Positions 18,286-27,639 of a stretch of 54,716 bases of DNA are shown piece after piece (position 1 is the first letter of the stretch; every line of letters starts with the position of its first letter). Source of the DNA: Candidatus Omnitrophota bacterium (lineage in GTDB: Bacteria > Omnitrophota > Gorgyraeia > Gorgyraeales > Gorgyraeaceae); contig DNHS01000035.1 in the NCBI GenBank assembly GCA_003485765.1, positions 11,560 to 66,275 on the forward strand, read 5' to 3'. The position numbers were made by a program, and so were the translations under genes. The notes under the pieces are model-generated. The model made no database searches, was not told the DNA's origin, and saw nothing but the letters and a program-made list of their open reading frames with translations.

Positions 18286-19061
18286 AGAAATCATCGGATC
18301 AGGATAAGATTAAAAGGATCGCAGATTTATTAAGAGGCGCTAAAAGCGTTTTATTTATCACTGGAGCAGGCATATCAGCGGATTCCGGGCTTCCTACCTA
18401 TAGAGGCATAAGCGGGCTATATAACGACAAGGCCACAGAAGATGGCATCTCGATAGAAATGGCTCTCGCAGGAGAGACCCTTGAAACAAAGCCGTACATT
18501 ACCTGGAAATATCTTGCAAGGATAGAAGAAAAGTGCCGCGGCGCAAAGCCGAACCGGGCGCATGAAATCATAAAGGAAATGGAGCGTTATTTCGAAAGAG
18601 TCTGCGTATTCACTCAGAATATAGATGGCCTGCATCATAAGGCAGGTTCTAAAAATATCATAGATATACACGGGGACATGTATAAGCTGATCTGCCCGCA
18701 TTGCATGTGGCGCAGAAGAATCAAGGATTATAGCGAGATAAGAATCCCGCCTGTTTGCCCTGAGTGCAATAAAATAGTCAGGCCGGAGGTAGTATTTTTC
18801 GGAGAGACATTGCCATATGACAAGTGCCAGATTTTACTAGAGGAACTGGAAAAAGGTTTTGATGTGTATTTTTCCATCGGCACCACAAGCGTATTTCATT
18901 ATATAAGCCAGCCTATGGTGGACGCTAAGGCCAATGACCGGCCCACAATAGAAATCAACCCCGATCACACGCATATATCAGATATAGTGGACATAAAGCT
19001 CCCCCTTGGCGCAGCTGAGGCGATGGAAAAGATATGGAGTGAATATAAAAATTGTACATAG
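18267..19061 (+). CDS. cobB: NAD-dependent protein deacylase (sirtuin)
   Basis: TGAGISADSGLPTYRG, TQNIDGLH, IHG, CxxC...CxxC, RPEVVFFGE, EINP. Confidence 0.93.
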   Translation: MPKVQIKKSSDQDKIKRIADLLRGAKSVLFITGAGISADSGLPTYRGISGLYNDKATEDGISIEMALAGETLETKPYITWKYLARIEEKCRGAKPNRAHEIIKEMERYFERVCVFTQNIDGLHHKAGSKNIIDIHGDMYKLICPHCMWRRRIKDYSEIRIPPVCPECNKIVRPEVVFFGETLPYDKCQILLEELEKGFDVYFSIGTTSVFHYISQPMVDAKANDRPTIEINPDHTHISDIVDIKLPLGAAEAMEKIWSEYKNCT

Positions 19062-19071
19062 GAGATAACAT

Positions 19072-19614
19072 ATGAATCAATTAAGCAATGCAGGGCATGG
19101 TTCTATTTTTGAGAGTGTTAAAAAAGTCAATGATAACGGCGTTCAATATTGGCTTGCCAGAGATTTTCAAAGTATTTTGCAATATAGCAGTTGGGATAAG
19201 TTTTTAAACGTTATAGAAAAAGCCAAAGAAGCCTGTCGTAATTCAGGCCATAATTCCGAAGACCATTTTTCCCATGTGGTAAAAATGGTTCCTATTGGTT
19301 CCGGGGCGCAGAGAGAAACAGAAGATATTAAACTATCTCGTTATACCTGTTATCTTATTATCCAAAATGCCGATCCTGCCAAAGAAATCGTTGCTTTGGG
19401 CCAGACTTATTTTGCTGTGCAGACCCGCAGGCAAGAGTTGTCCGACGAATTCGGCAAGTTTGAAAGCGATGAAGAAAAACGATTATTTCTTCGTCAACAG
19501 ATGAAAGAGCATAACAGGTACTTGGCATCAGCGGCTAAAGAGGCAGGCGTTGTCAAGCCGCTTGACTATGCTATATTTCATGCGCTCGCTTGGGACAGTC
19601 CCCTTTTTTATTGA
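19072..19614 (+). pseudogene. dinD: DNA-damage-inducible protein DinD, 3'-truncated
   Basis: YWLARDF, LSRYTCYLIIQNADPAK, GQTYFAVQTRRQE; similarity stops at DYAIF and runs into a REP-like GGGACAGTCCCC. Confidence 0.75.
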
Positions 19615-19826
19615 GATTGGCCGAACTCAGTTGAGTTCGGCACTTCCTCGGACATTACGTCCTCGGTCGCTTTCTTTACGGTTTTGGGATCAATGCCTAG
19701 AATTTTGCCTATCTTTAGATATGACATACCCAATAAGTGTAATTCGGTTGCTTTTTGAGTTAATTTCTGGTATAAATGAGGGTGTTTAACAGGGAGTATT
19801 TTTATATGGGCCAGTATCTCAGCCAT
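19608..19826 (-). CDS. HTH-containing fragment at the island right end (candidate alternative recombinase C-terminus)
   Basis: GMSYLKIGKILGIDPKTVKKA HTH; frame open back to the att core (WWTRSQPIRN-MAE). Confidence 0.6.
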   Translation of the reverse strand: MAEILAHIKILPVKHPHLYQKLTQKATELHLLGMSYLKIGKILGIDPKTVKKATEDVMSEEVPNSTEFGQSQ

Positions 19827-19927
19827 GTTTCGAATTGGTTGTGACCGGGTCCACCACGTGAAAGTTTGTGGTTACAGATTTGCCAGGAGGTTATATAATA
19901 TTTAATGGTAATGGAGACGATAGGCAA

Positions 19928-21094
19928 ATGAATAGATGTTTTAAAATCTTAGGCAATGGTCAGATTTGGGATGTAAAGGGCATATTATCCTCAGCTCCCC
20001 AAAAGACCTTTGAGGATCTGTTTAGCGGCCGCGCCTTAGGCCAGATGGCGCGAGAATTTGATCAAAGTTTACCTTCCGATAAGAAAATTTTTTCCAATTT
20101 TAAAGAAAATAGCAAAATTACAGGACTTTCAGTAACTAATGCATTATTGAGCAAAGATAAAAATGCGGCCGGGAAAGCTCTGGTTTTACTTAGGCAGTTA
20201 GCCAAAAATGCCGCCAAAGGGATTGAGGTTTTAACCAAAGGGAAAGGATGTAAACCAGATTGGCCGAATAAAGAAAGAAATTACTGGAAAAATCTGGATG
20301 TTATTATAATAGGCGGAGGCGTATCTGAGAACACAACAGGCAAGGTATTAGTTGAATTAATAAAAATATATTTATCAAGCAGAGACTTGCAGGATATTGA
20401 AGTATATCAGGCTAAATTTCCAGGAAAAGAGGCTGGGTTCTTAGGCGCGGTGGCGAATATTCGCGGCTTAGTTTGTAAGGAGGCAAAGAAGAAAAAGCTA
20501 AGGAAAATATCTGCTATTGGCATAGATTTGGGGAGAGATGAGATAGGCGTAGGTTTGATGGCTATAAATCTTAATGGGGAGAATATTATTTTAAGGCGCG
20601 GAACATATCTTGGGCTTTTCCAGCATTCAGTCAAAACTCCTTATCATTTTCAACGTAAAGGCTTTTTGGATTCACGAAAAAGTTATAGTAAGAAAGAATA
20701 CGCTATGGGCAAGGATATCCGCAGACTGATCCTGGAAAAGATAGCTGATTTAATTGTCTTGGCCCAAGCTAAAGCCATGGACGCCGGCTTGCAAATCTCG
20801 CGGCATATAGCAGTGTCTGTCCCCGGTTCTACCGGTTCTACCAGTAATGGATACATTGTCAATTCTACAGATTATTTACCTTTTTTTAGGAAAAAAGATG
20901 GGTTTAATTTTAGCCATACCCTTGAAGGGCTGTTAGTCAGGAAAGGCATAAAGGGTTATCATGTCCATATAATAAACGATGGCATTGCTGCCGGCATTGC
21001 CAATGTATGCTTTGGCCCCTTTAAGACAAAGGGGGAGAAATTTGCTTTTTTTGGGGTTGGCTCAGGCCTGGCTGGATGTGTTGGATTATTGTAA
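19928..21094 (+). CDS. Circularly permuted ROK-family (sugar kinase-like) protein
   Basis: FEDLFSGRAL, IIIGGGVS and AGFLGAV precede IGIDLG, VSVPG, INDGIAAG and GVGSGLAG. Confidence 0.72.
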   Translation: MNRCFKILGNGQIWDVKGILSSAPQKTFEDLFSGRALGQMAREFDQSLPSDKKIFSNFKENSKITGLSVTNALLSKDKNAAGKALVLLRQLAKNAAKGIEVLTKGKGCKPDWPNKERNYWKNLDVIIIGGGVSENTTGKVLVELIKIYLSSRDLQDIEVYQAKFPGKEAGFLGAVANIRGLVCKEAKKKKLRKISAIGIDLGRDEIGVGLMAINLNGENIILRRGTYLGLFQHSVKTPYHFQRKGFLDSRKSYSKKEYAMGKDIRRLILEKIADLIVLAQAKAMDAGLQISRHIAVSVPGSTGSTSNGYIVNSTDYLPFFRKKDGFNFSHTLEGLLVRKGIKGYHVHIINDGIAAGIANVCFGPFKTKGEKFAFFGVGSGLAGCVGLL

Positions 21095-21108
21095 AAATTT
21101 CCACCACT

Positions 21109-21200
21109 CTAATGTTACAAAACAAGTCATACTCGTTTTGTAACATTAGCAAAAAATGAACTTATATGCGCTTGACAAATCATTTTGAAAGTATTATAAT
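21109..21200 (+). promoter_or_regulatory. 15-bp inverted repeat plus consensus sigma70 promoter of the glycan operon
   Basis: CTAATGTTACAAAAC-N11-GTTTTGTAACATTAG (21109-21149); TTGACA(21172)-N17-TATAAT(21195). Confidence 0.75.
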
Positions 21201-21296
21201 TCTTCTATTTACATAAAGTCTACTGGAATAGAGCTGATACAGAGTGGCTAAATATTGCGTAATGAAAACAGCGCGCACAAAGAAAGGAAATAAGAC

Positions 21297-22259
21297 ATGA
21301 AAGCAAGCAAGTATCCTATATGCAAGCGGTATGAGGGGAATCCCATCTTAACAGGTAAGGATTTCCCAGTTGAAGCCGATATTAAAAATGTTTTTAATTC
21401 AGGCATCGTGAAATACAATGGTATTTATATGATGGTTTGCCGGGTGGAGGATTCCGCTTTGTTTGACTGTTTTTGGATTGCGGAAAGCAAGGACGGTTAT
21501 CATTTTAAGCCGCGGCCAAAGCCGATAGATATGCCCTATGATAATCCGAAGTTTAAGAAGTATGCCGAATCCATGATTTATGATCCGCGCGTGACAAAAA
21601 TCGGGAATGTATATTATATGGTCCATGCTGCGCACTCCGGCCACACCTGCCGGCTGAGCCTAATGAAGACAGAGGACTTTAAGAAATTTAAATGGATGGG
21701 ATTTATTTCCGAAACAGATAATCGCAACGGGGTGCTTTTTCCTGAGAAGATCAACGGATTGTACGGTCGCCTTGATCGGCCCAATACTGGATGCGATACC
21801 GGGGATATCTGGGTGTCTTATTCTCCGGATCTGATCTTTTGGGGAAAGAGTGAATGCGTGTTCAGGAACTATGAGGGGGTTCGCTGGGCCTGGACAAAAA
21901 TCGGACCTGGAGCCGCTCCTATTAAAACATCCGAGGGATGGCTGACTATTTTTCACGGGGTGCGCACTCAATGCAGAGCGCATTTTGTTTATCAATTGGG
22001 TGTTTGTCTTTTGGATTTGAAAGATCCGTCAAAAGTTAGGGCTATGGCTGACGAAGCAATCTTGATTCCCGAGGAGCAATACGAGCTTGTTGGACAAACT
22101 CCCAGCGTGGTGTTTACCTGCGGGGCTGTGGTGGAGGATAACGGCGAGGTTAAACTTTATTACGGCGGAGCTGATACGGTTCAATGCGTGGCTACCACAA
22201 GTTTAGAGCGGCTTATCAAGGCATGTTATGCCGGAAAGAGATATCACGGTTTTCGTTAA
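21297..22259 (+). CDS. GH130 beta-mannoside phosphorylase/glycosidase
   Basis: NPIL, VFNSG, YDPRV, NRNGVLFPEKING, KIGPGAAPIKTSEGWL, VVFTCG, YYGGAD. Confidence 0.92.
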   Translation: MKASKYPICKRYEGNPILTGKDFPVEADIKNVFNSGIVKYNGIYMMVCRVEDSALFDCFWIAESKDGYHFKPRPKPIDMPYDNPKFKKYAESMIYDPRVTKIGNVYYMVHAAHSGHTCRLSLMKTEDFKKFKWMGFISETDNRNGVLFPEKINGLYGRLDRPNTGCDTGDIWVSYSPDLIFWGKSECVFRNYEGVRWAWTKIGPGAAPIKTSEGWLTIFHGVRTQCRAHFVYQLGVCLLDLKDPSKVRAMADEAILIPEEQYELVGQTPSVVFTCGAVVEDNGEVKLYYGGADTVQCVATTSLERLIKACYAGKRYHGFR

Positions 22260-22294
22260 GATTGCTTTACAAAAAGGAAAAAAGGGGGAAAGCA

Positions 22295-23749
22295 ATGCAA
22301 GAAGCTAATATTGTTAATGGGAAGAAACCTCTGAGGGATCGTCTTCCGGTTTCGACGAAGATGGCCTATAGTCTTGGCACGGCAGTCGATATGTGGGGCC
22401 TCTGGTTGTACCCGGCTGTTGCTTTTGCGGTTTTTAATATGTATTTGGGTATTGAACCATGGCTGGTGGGTTTGGGGATTACATTGATCCGAGTCTGGGA
22501 TGCCTTTATCGATCCTGTGGTGGGGTGGTTATCCGATAATTTACGTACCAAATGGGGCCGTCGGCGTCCTTTTATTTTGATCTCAGGTATTTTAGCAGGA
22601 CTGTGCCTGCCGGTTTTGTTTTTGGTGTCGCCGTCCTGGGTGGAGATAAGATTCCTTGGCGTGTCCGTGGTGTTTTGGTACATGGTAGTGTCTACCATGG
22701 TCTATATGCCCATAGTCAGCGCTTTTACCATACCTTACTACAGTTTGGGCGCGGAAATGACGCCTGATTATGAAGAGCGCACCTCTATCATGTCCTATCG
22801 CAGTATGGCCCAAAAGATTTCAGAATTGGGCAATTTTTATGCTTTGCGGTTTACAAACCTGGCATGGTTCCTTATTCCGGGAACAGGACAAAAGAATACT
22901 CTTTTGGGGATGCAGGTATACACATCAATATTGGGAGTGGTAATGGCTATTTTTGCCATAACCATTTTCTTCAAGGTTAAAGAACGCTACTATGAGAAAG
23001 TGGTAGTGAAGGTTACCAAGAAAATTTCCATTCTGAGTGGCTTGGGCGAGACTCTTAGGTGCCATCCGTTCCGTCAGATGATGGTTATGGGAGGCGCTTT
23101 TACTTTGGGCACGAGCATGGTGGGCTCACTTGGTTACTACGCCACGGTTTTTTATGTAGCTGGCGGCGACAAAATTATCGGAGATAATTGGCAGTTTTGG
23201 ATGGGTGTGGCTTTTATGCTAGGCGGCCTTATAGGGGTTCCCCTGCATGCTGCTCTGTCGCATCGTATCGGCAAACGCGAGGCAGCAGTGTCAGCCTGCG
23301 TCATAGGCATATGTGGTTACGCTGGTTCCTGGTTCTTGTATACGCCGGCGATTATGTGGCTGCAAACAATCTCTTCGGGCTTGATGGGAATGGCTTCGGC
23401 ATCTCTGTGGATGCTGCATAGTTCTATAGGCGCCGACATTATTGACTACGATGAGCTCAATACGGGGAAAAGAAGGGAAGGTTCTTTTACTGCCTGCGCT
23501 TCCTATATTCTTAAACTGGGGAATTCATTCGGGTATTATTTTTCCGGCCTTATTTTGACATGGGCGGGTTTTACCTGGCAGCTTAAGGCGCAGGCGCCTC
23601 AGACCCTATTCTGGATCCGCTTCAGCCTGGCTTCTTTGCCAGTAGCGGGCCTGATCGTAGCTATTATTTTTGTTTTGCGTGTGCCGCTCACAAGACAAAA
23701 ATCCGAGGAGATACGAAGACAACTCGAAGGCCGCAGAGGCACGGTGTAA
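22295..23749 (+). CDS. MFS glycoside-pentoside-hexuronide (MelB-like) symporter
   Basis: WDAFIDPVVGWLSD, TKWGRRRPF, EMTPDYEERT, ADIIDYDELNTGKRREG. Confidence 0.92.
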   Translation: MQEANIVNGKKPLRDRLPVSTKMAYSLGTAVDMWGLWLYPAVAFAVFNMYLGIEPWLVGLGITLIRVWDAFIDPVVGWLSDNLRTKWGRRRPFILISGILAGLCLPVLFLVSPSWVEIRFLGVSVVFWYMVVSTMVYMPIVSAFTIPYYSLGAEMTPDYEERTSIMSYRSMAQKISELGNFYALRFTNLAWFLIPGTGQKNTLLGMQVYTSILGVVMAIFAITIFFKVKERYYEKVVVKVTKKISILSGLGETLRCHPFRQMMVMGGAFTLGTSMVGSLGYYATVFYVAGGDKIIGDNWQFWMGVAFMLGGLIGVPLHAALSHRIGKREAAVSACVIGICGYAGSWFLYTPAIMWLQTISSGLMGMASASLWMLHSSIGADIIDYDELNTGKRREGSFTACASYILKLGNSFGYYFSGLILTWAGFTWQLKAQAPQTLFWIRFSLASLPVAGLIVAIIFVLRVPLTRQKSEEIRRQLEGRRGTV

Positions 23750-23785
23750 GTAACTGCTCTGTAAAAACTGTAAAAGGTGTAAAAG

Positions 23786-23843
23786 GGGACGTGTCAGAAA
23801 GGGACACTTTAACTAAATAACCTGTCCCTTTCTGACACGTCCC
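23786..23843. repeat. Perfect 21-bp inverted repeat (REP-like hairpin)
   Basis: GGGACGTGTCAGAAAGGGACA-N16-TGTCCCTTTCTGACACGTCCC. Confidence 0.85.
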
Positions 23844-23856
23844 TCATGGGGGAGCT

Positions 23857-24882
23857 TTGAAATTTAGAGTAGGCTTGATTGGATGCGGCAATATATTCTC
23901 TGTGCATGCGGAATCGCTGGTAAATACCCCTGGCGTGGAACTAGCTTCTGTCTGCGATATCAATCTTAGCCGCGCTAGTAAAGCAGCAAAGAAATATAAA
24001 TGCCATTTCTATACAGATTATAACAGGATGTTTAAAGAAGAGAAGCTTGACTCAGTTCATATCCTGACACCTCATTATCTGCACCCTCCAATGACAATCC
24101 GCGCCTTAAAAAATAAAATAAATGTGCTTACGGAAAAACCTATTTCAATTGATCCTAAAGATGCAGAAAAGATGATCAAAGCTGCCAAAGATAATAAGGT
24201 AAGGTTGGGGGTAATCTTTCAGAATAGGTATAATCCCGGTTCGCAGCTTGTGAAAAAAAATTTACTTAACGGGAAGCTTGGAAAGGTCAAGGCGGTGAAG
24301 CTTTTTGTAACTTATCATAAGCCAGACAGTTACTATAAGACCAGCAATTGGAAAGGAAGGCTTGATAAAGAAGGCGGCGGAGTGCTGATTGATCAGGCAA
24401 TACATTTTATTGATGTCTTAAGGTGGCTTATTGACGATAAGGTAGATTATGTTGAGGCAAATACTAGCCGAAGGATGCATAAACTAATTGAAGTTGAGGA
24501 TTTAGCAGAAGGCGTGATTAAGTTTAAGAAGGGCGCTTATATATGTTTTTATCTGATGAATTTTTATTCGTTTGACGCTGATCCAGAAATTGAGATAGAC
24601 TGCGAAAATGGAAGAGCTAAGATAATTAAAGATTCCGCAAGGATTAGCTTTTATAATGGCAAAGAACTTAAGGCAGGGCCAAAGCCGCGCGAATATATTG
24701 ATTATGGAGAAAATAGGAAAGATTACTGGGGGGTTTGCCATTGGATACAGATAAAGGAGTTTTATAAGGCTCTTAGGGAAAATCGCGAGCCAGAGGTAAA
24801 CGGAGAAGAAGCGCTTAAGACACAAAGAATAGTATGGAATATTTATAAAGCAGCGCGAGAAAGGAGACGCGTTAGATCATGA
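23857..24882 (+). CDS. Gfo/Idh/MocA oxidoreductase
   Basis: GLIGCG, TPHYLH, EKP, GGGVLIDQAIH. Confidence 0.93.
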   Translation: MKFRVGLIGCGNIFSVHAESLVNTPGVELASVCDINLSRASKAAKKYKCHFYTDYNRMFKEEKLDSVHILTPHYLHPPMTIRALKNKINVLTEKPISIDPKDAEKMIKAAKDNKVRLGVIFQNRYNPGSQLVKKNLLNGKLGKVKAVKLFVTYHKPDSYYKTSNWKGRLDKEGGGVLIDQAIHFIDVLRWLIDDKVDYVEANTSRRMHKLIEVEDLAEGVIKFKKGAYICFYLMNFYSFDADPEIEIDCENGRAKIIKDSARISFYNGKELKAGPKPREYIDYGENRKDYWGVCHWIQIKEFYKALRENREPEVNGEEALKTQRIVWNIYKAARERRRVRS

Positions 24883-25913
24883 TTAAGGTAGGGATAATTG
24901 GCTGCGGGAAGATTACTGAAAGGGCAAGCTTGCCAAACTTGGTGAATTATAATGATAAATGCGAGGTTGTATGTTTATGCGATGTGATTAAGAAACGAGC
25001 TGAAAATTTGGCAGGGAAATTTGGCCTGGAGAAAGTTGATATTATTGAAAATTGGAAAAATTTGGTTACCAGAAAAGATATAGATGTTGTTTTTGTGAAT
25101 ACCCCAAATTATTTGCATGAAAAAATGGCCATAGGAGCGGCTAACAACAAGAAGCATATCCTTGTTGAGAAGCCAATCACTATTTCTCTAAAAGCAGTAA
25201 ATAATATGATCAAGGCTGTAGAAAAGGCCGGGGTTTTTTTAATGGTAGAGCAGACTCAAAGATTTGACCCGATCCATCAGGCTGCTAAAAAAGTTATTTC
25301 TTCAGGCGTATTAGGCAAGATTCATAATATTAAAGGAAGGATTGGCCATGCTGGGCCAGAATACTGGTCACAAGGCAAAAGCGGTTGGTATTATGAAAAG
25401 AAAAAATCCGGCGGCGGATGCATGGTTGATATAGGGGTTCATATTGCTGATTTAATACGATGGTTTAAAGATAAGAAGGTAGTTGAACTTTTTGCGACTA
25501 TACAGACCCTGGAGAAAAAACTGCCTGTAGATGATAACGCTACTGTGCTATTAAGATTTGAGGATGGGACAAAGGGCGAATTTGAATGCAGCTGGACAAC
25601 CAGGCCTTATGAAGTGTTAACTTATGTTTATGGCCAAAAAGGAAAGATGACTACCAGCATAGGCAGCGCCCGTCCTGCAGTCCTGACCCTGGTAAAGACA
25701 GGCGTAGGCGAAGACCCTAACTGCGCGTTTAAAGAAGAAAATCTTGAGATTGGGTCTGGCGGCGGATGGGACAATGCAATTCATTATTTTATTGACTGTA
25801 TCCAGAAAAATCAGAAACCATTTGTCTCAGCTCATGAAGGCAAAGAAACGCTTAAACTGATCGTTGCAGCTTATGAGTCGAATAAACGGGGCAAGTGGGT
25901 AAAGATAAACTAA
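24879..25913 (+). CDS. Gfo/Idh/MocA oxidoreductase
   Basis: GIIGCG, TPNYLH, VEKP, GGGCMVDIGVH. Confidence 0.93.
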   Translation: MIKVGIIGCGKITERASLPNLVNYNDKCEVVCLCDVIKKRAENLAGKFGLEKVDIIENWKNLVTRKDIDVVFVNTPNYLHEKMAIGAANNKKHILVEKPITISLKAVNNMIKAVEKAGVFLMVEQTQRFDPIHQAAKKVISSGVLGKIHNIKGRIGHAGPEYWSQGKSGWYYEKKKSGGGCMVDIGVHIADLIRWFKDKKVVELFATIQTLEKKLPVDDNATVLLRFEDGTKGEFECSWTTRPYEVLTYVYGQKGKMTTSIGSARPAVLTLVKTGVGEDPNCAFKEENLEIGSGGGWDNAIHYFIDCIQKNQKPFVSAHEGKETLKLIVAAYESNKRGKWVKIN

Positions 25914-25925
25914 AGAAGAGCCGAA

Positions 25926-26732
25926 ATGAAACTAGGTTTATGCAGTTGGTCATACCACAGGTCATTAGAATCCGGTAAATTGGATTTTACCGGATTATTA
26001 AAGATTTGCGCAAAGGAGTTAAAATTAGGCGGGATTGACATTATTGCTGACCATTTGCCAAAGATAGATAAGAAGTCATTGATTACGTACAAGAAGATGG
26101 CGACAGATTTGCGTTTGACCATCGCGTGCCTTTCTCCGGGCAACGATTTTGGAAAACCCACCCCTGAAGAGAGAAAAAAAGAGGTGCAGTCAGTTAAAGA
26201 CTGGCTTGACGCAGGTTATATTTTAGGCGCGCCAGTTTTGAGGATATTTTCCGGCTGGCCATTACCTTATGAAGATAAGGAAAAGATCTGGCCGGCAATG
26301 GTGGATTGCATTAGAGAATGCGAGAAGAAAGCTAAAGAGACAGGTATAGTTTTGGCGATTGAGCCGCATAATAACGGTGGTTTCCTCCCTACTTCTAAAG
26401 ATACCTTAAGGTTGATAAAAGAGATTAACTCAGAATGGGTAGGGATTAATCTAGACACAGGCAATTATCAGGATGCGGATAATTATAAAGGGATAGAGGA
26501 TACGATTATGTATGCGCCTCATATGCACGCAAAGGTGCATCATATTAGCGATGATTGCAAAGAGCTTGAATTTGATTACGATCGGATATTCAGTATCTTA
26601 AAGAAAACAGATTATAGAGGATTTTTTTCTTTAGAATTTGAAGGGCAGGATATGAACCATCAGGATGAGATGATCGATACCCCGAAGGCAGCGGAGATGC
26701 TAAAAAGATATGCCAGAAAATATGAAATCTAA
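25926..26732 (+). CDS. Sugar phosphate isomerase/epimerase (AP_endonuc_2 TIM barrel)
   Basis: LAIEPH, LDTGN, HMHAK, YRGFFSLEFEG metal-ligand pattern. Confidence 0.88.
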   Translation: MKLGLCSWSYHRSLESGKLDFTGLLKICAKELKLGGIDIIADHLPKIDKKSLITYKKMATDLRLTIACLSPGNDFGKPTPEERKKEVQSVKDWLDAGYILGAPVLRIFSGWPLPYEDKEKIWPAMVDCIRECEKKAKETGIVLAIEPHNNGGFLPTSKDTLRLIKEINSEWVGINLDTGNYQDADNYKGIEDTIMYAPHMHAKVHHISDDCKELEFDYDRIFSILKKTDYRGFFSLEFEGQDMNHQDEMIDTPKAAEMLKRYARKYEI

Positions 26733-27639
26733 AGATGGTGTAGTAAAAACCTTAATAGAACAGAAGCATTCATATCTTTTTATTGCGCCTGCAGTTATAT
26801 TATTCTGTATATTTGTATTTATCCCGGTTCTTGCTTCTTTTTTCCTGAGTTTTACTAAATATAATATTCTTACTCATTCGCGCTGGGTAGGACTGGATAA
26901 TTATTATCAGATATTTTTTCATGATCCCCGCTTCTGGAAAGCCTTGCGCAACACTGTTGTCTATACGCTTGGAGTGGTGCCGTTAAGCATCTCGATAGCT
27001 CTGTCATTAGCAGTAGCGATTGATCAGAAAATAAAGTTTAAGAATTTTTATAAGTCGATGTTTTTTATGCCTATCATAACCTCAGTTATCGCTTATTCAA
27101 TAATCTGGAGATGGCTTTTTGCAGGAGAGAAGTACGGATTAATTAATCACTTGCTGATAAAGATTGGTTCAAGGCCTGTTGACTGGCTGATAAACCCAAA
27201 CTCTATACTTCCAACAATTATGATTGTAGCTATTTGGGGTGGATTGGGATATAATATGTTTATCCTTCTTGCTGGCTTACAGACAATCCCGCAGGTTTTC
27301 TATGATGCTGCTGAGGTTGATGGGGCAAGCAGCTGGCAAAAATTCTGGTATGTCACCCTTCCTTTATTGCGGCCGACATTGCTTTTTGTATTAATAATGT
27401 CGGTTATTAATTCTTTCCAGGTTTTTGAACAGGCATATATCATGACTGCCGGCACAAGCGAAGGGGTGGGAGGAGTTTTAGATTCTGCTTTAACATTGGT
27501 TTCTTATCTTTATGAAAAGGGGTTTCAAAGGTTTGAAATGGGCTATGCCTCGGCCTTGGCTTATATTTTGTTCGGCATTATATTTTTAGTCACTTTAATT
27601 AACATTAGGTTGGTCAATACGCGGCGGGTTGAATACTGA
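26710..27639 (+). CDS. Carbohydrate ABC transporter permease
   Basis: LAGLQTIP...YDAAEVDGA EAA loop; GYASALA. Confidence 0.94.
   Translation: MPENMKSKDGVVKTLIEQKHSYLFIAPAVILFCIFVFIPVLASFFLSFTKYNILTHSRWVGLDNYYQIFFHDPRFWKALRNTVVYTLGVVPLSISIALSLAVAIDQKIKFKNFYKSMFFMPIITSVIAYSIIWRWLFAGEKYGLINHLLIKIGSRPVDWLINPNSILPTIMIVAIWGGLGYNMFILLAGLQTIPQVFYDAAEVDGASSWQKFWYVTLPLLRPTLLFVLIMSVINSFQVFEQAYIMTAGTSEGVGGVLDSALTLVSYLYEKGFQRFEMGYASALAYILFGIIFLVTLINIRLVNTRRVEY

Larger units (their letters stand above)
15097..19857. mobile_element. Degenerate serine-recombinase-type island integrated at the tmRNA 3' end
   Basis: Direct core TCCACCAC at 15097-15104 and 19850-19857; internal 13-bp inverted arms at 15109-15121 and 19827-19839; recombinase-like remnant. 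Confidence 0.82.

Noticed and set aside
18267-19061. Sirtuin as an anti-phage SIR2 NADase
   Set aside because: It has the zinc-binding module and length of a canonical CobB deacylase and no defence partner gene
21100-21107. Third TCCACCAC just after the ROK gene as a further tmRNA-island boundary
   Set aside because: Only 8 bp with no matching arm sequence; could be chance
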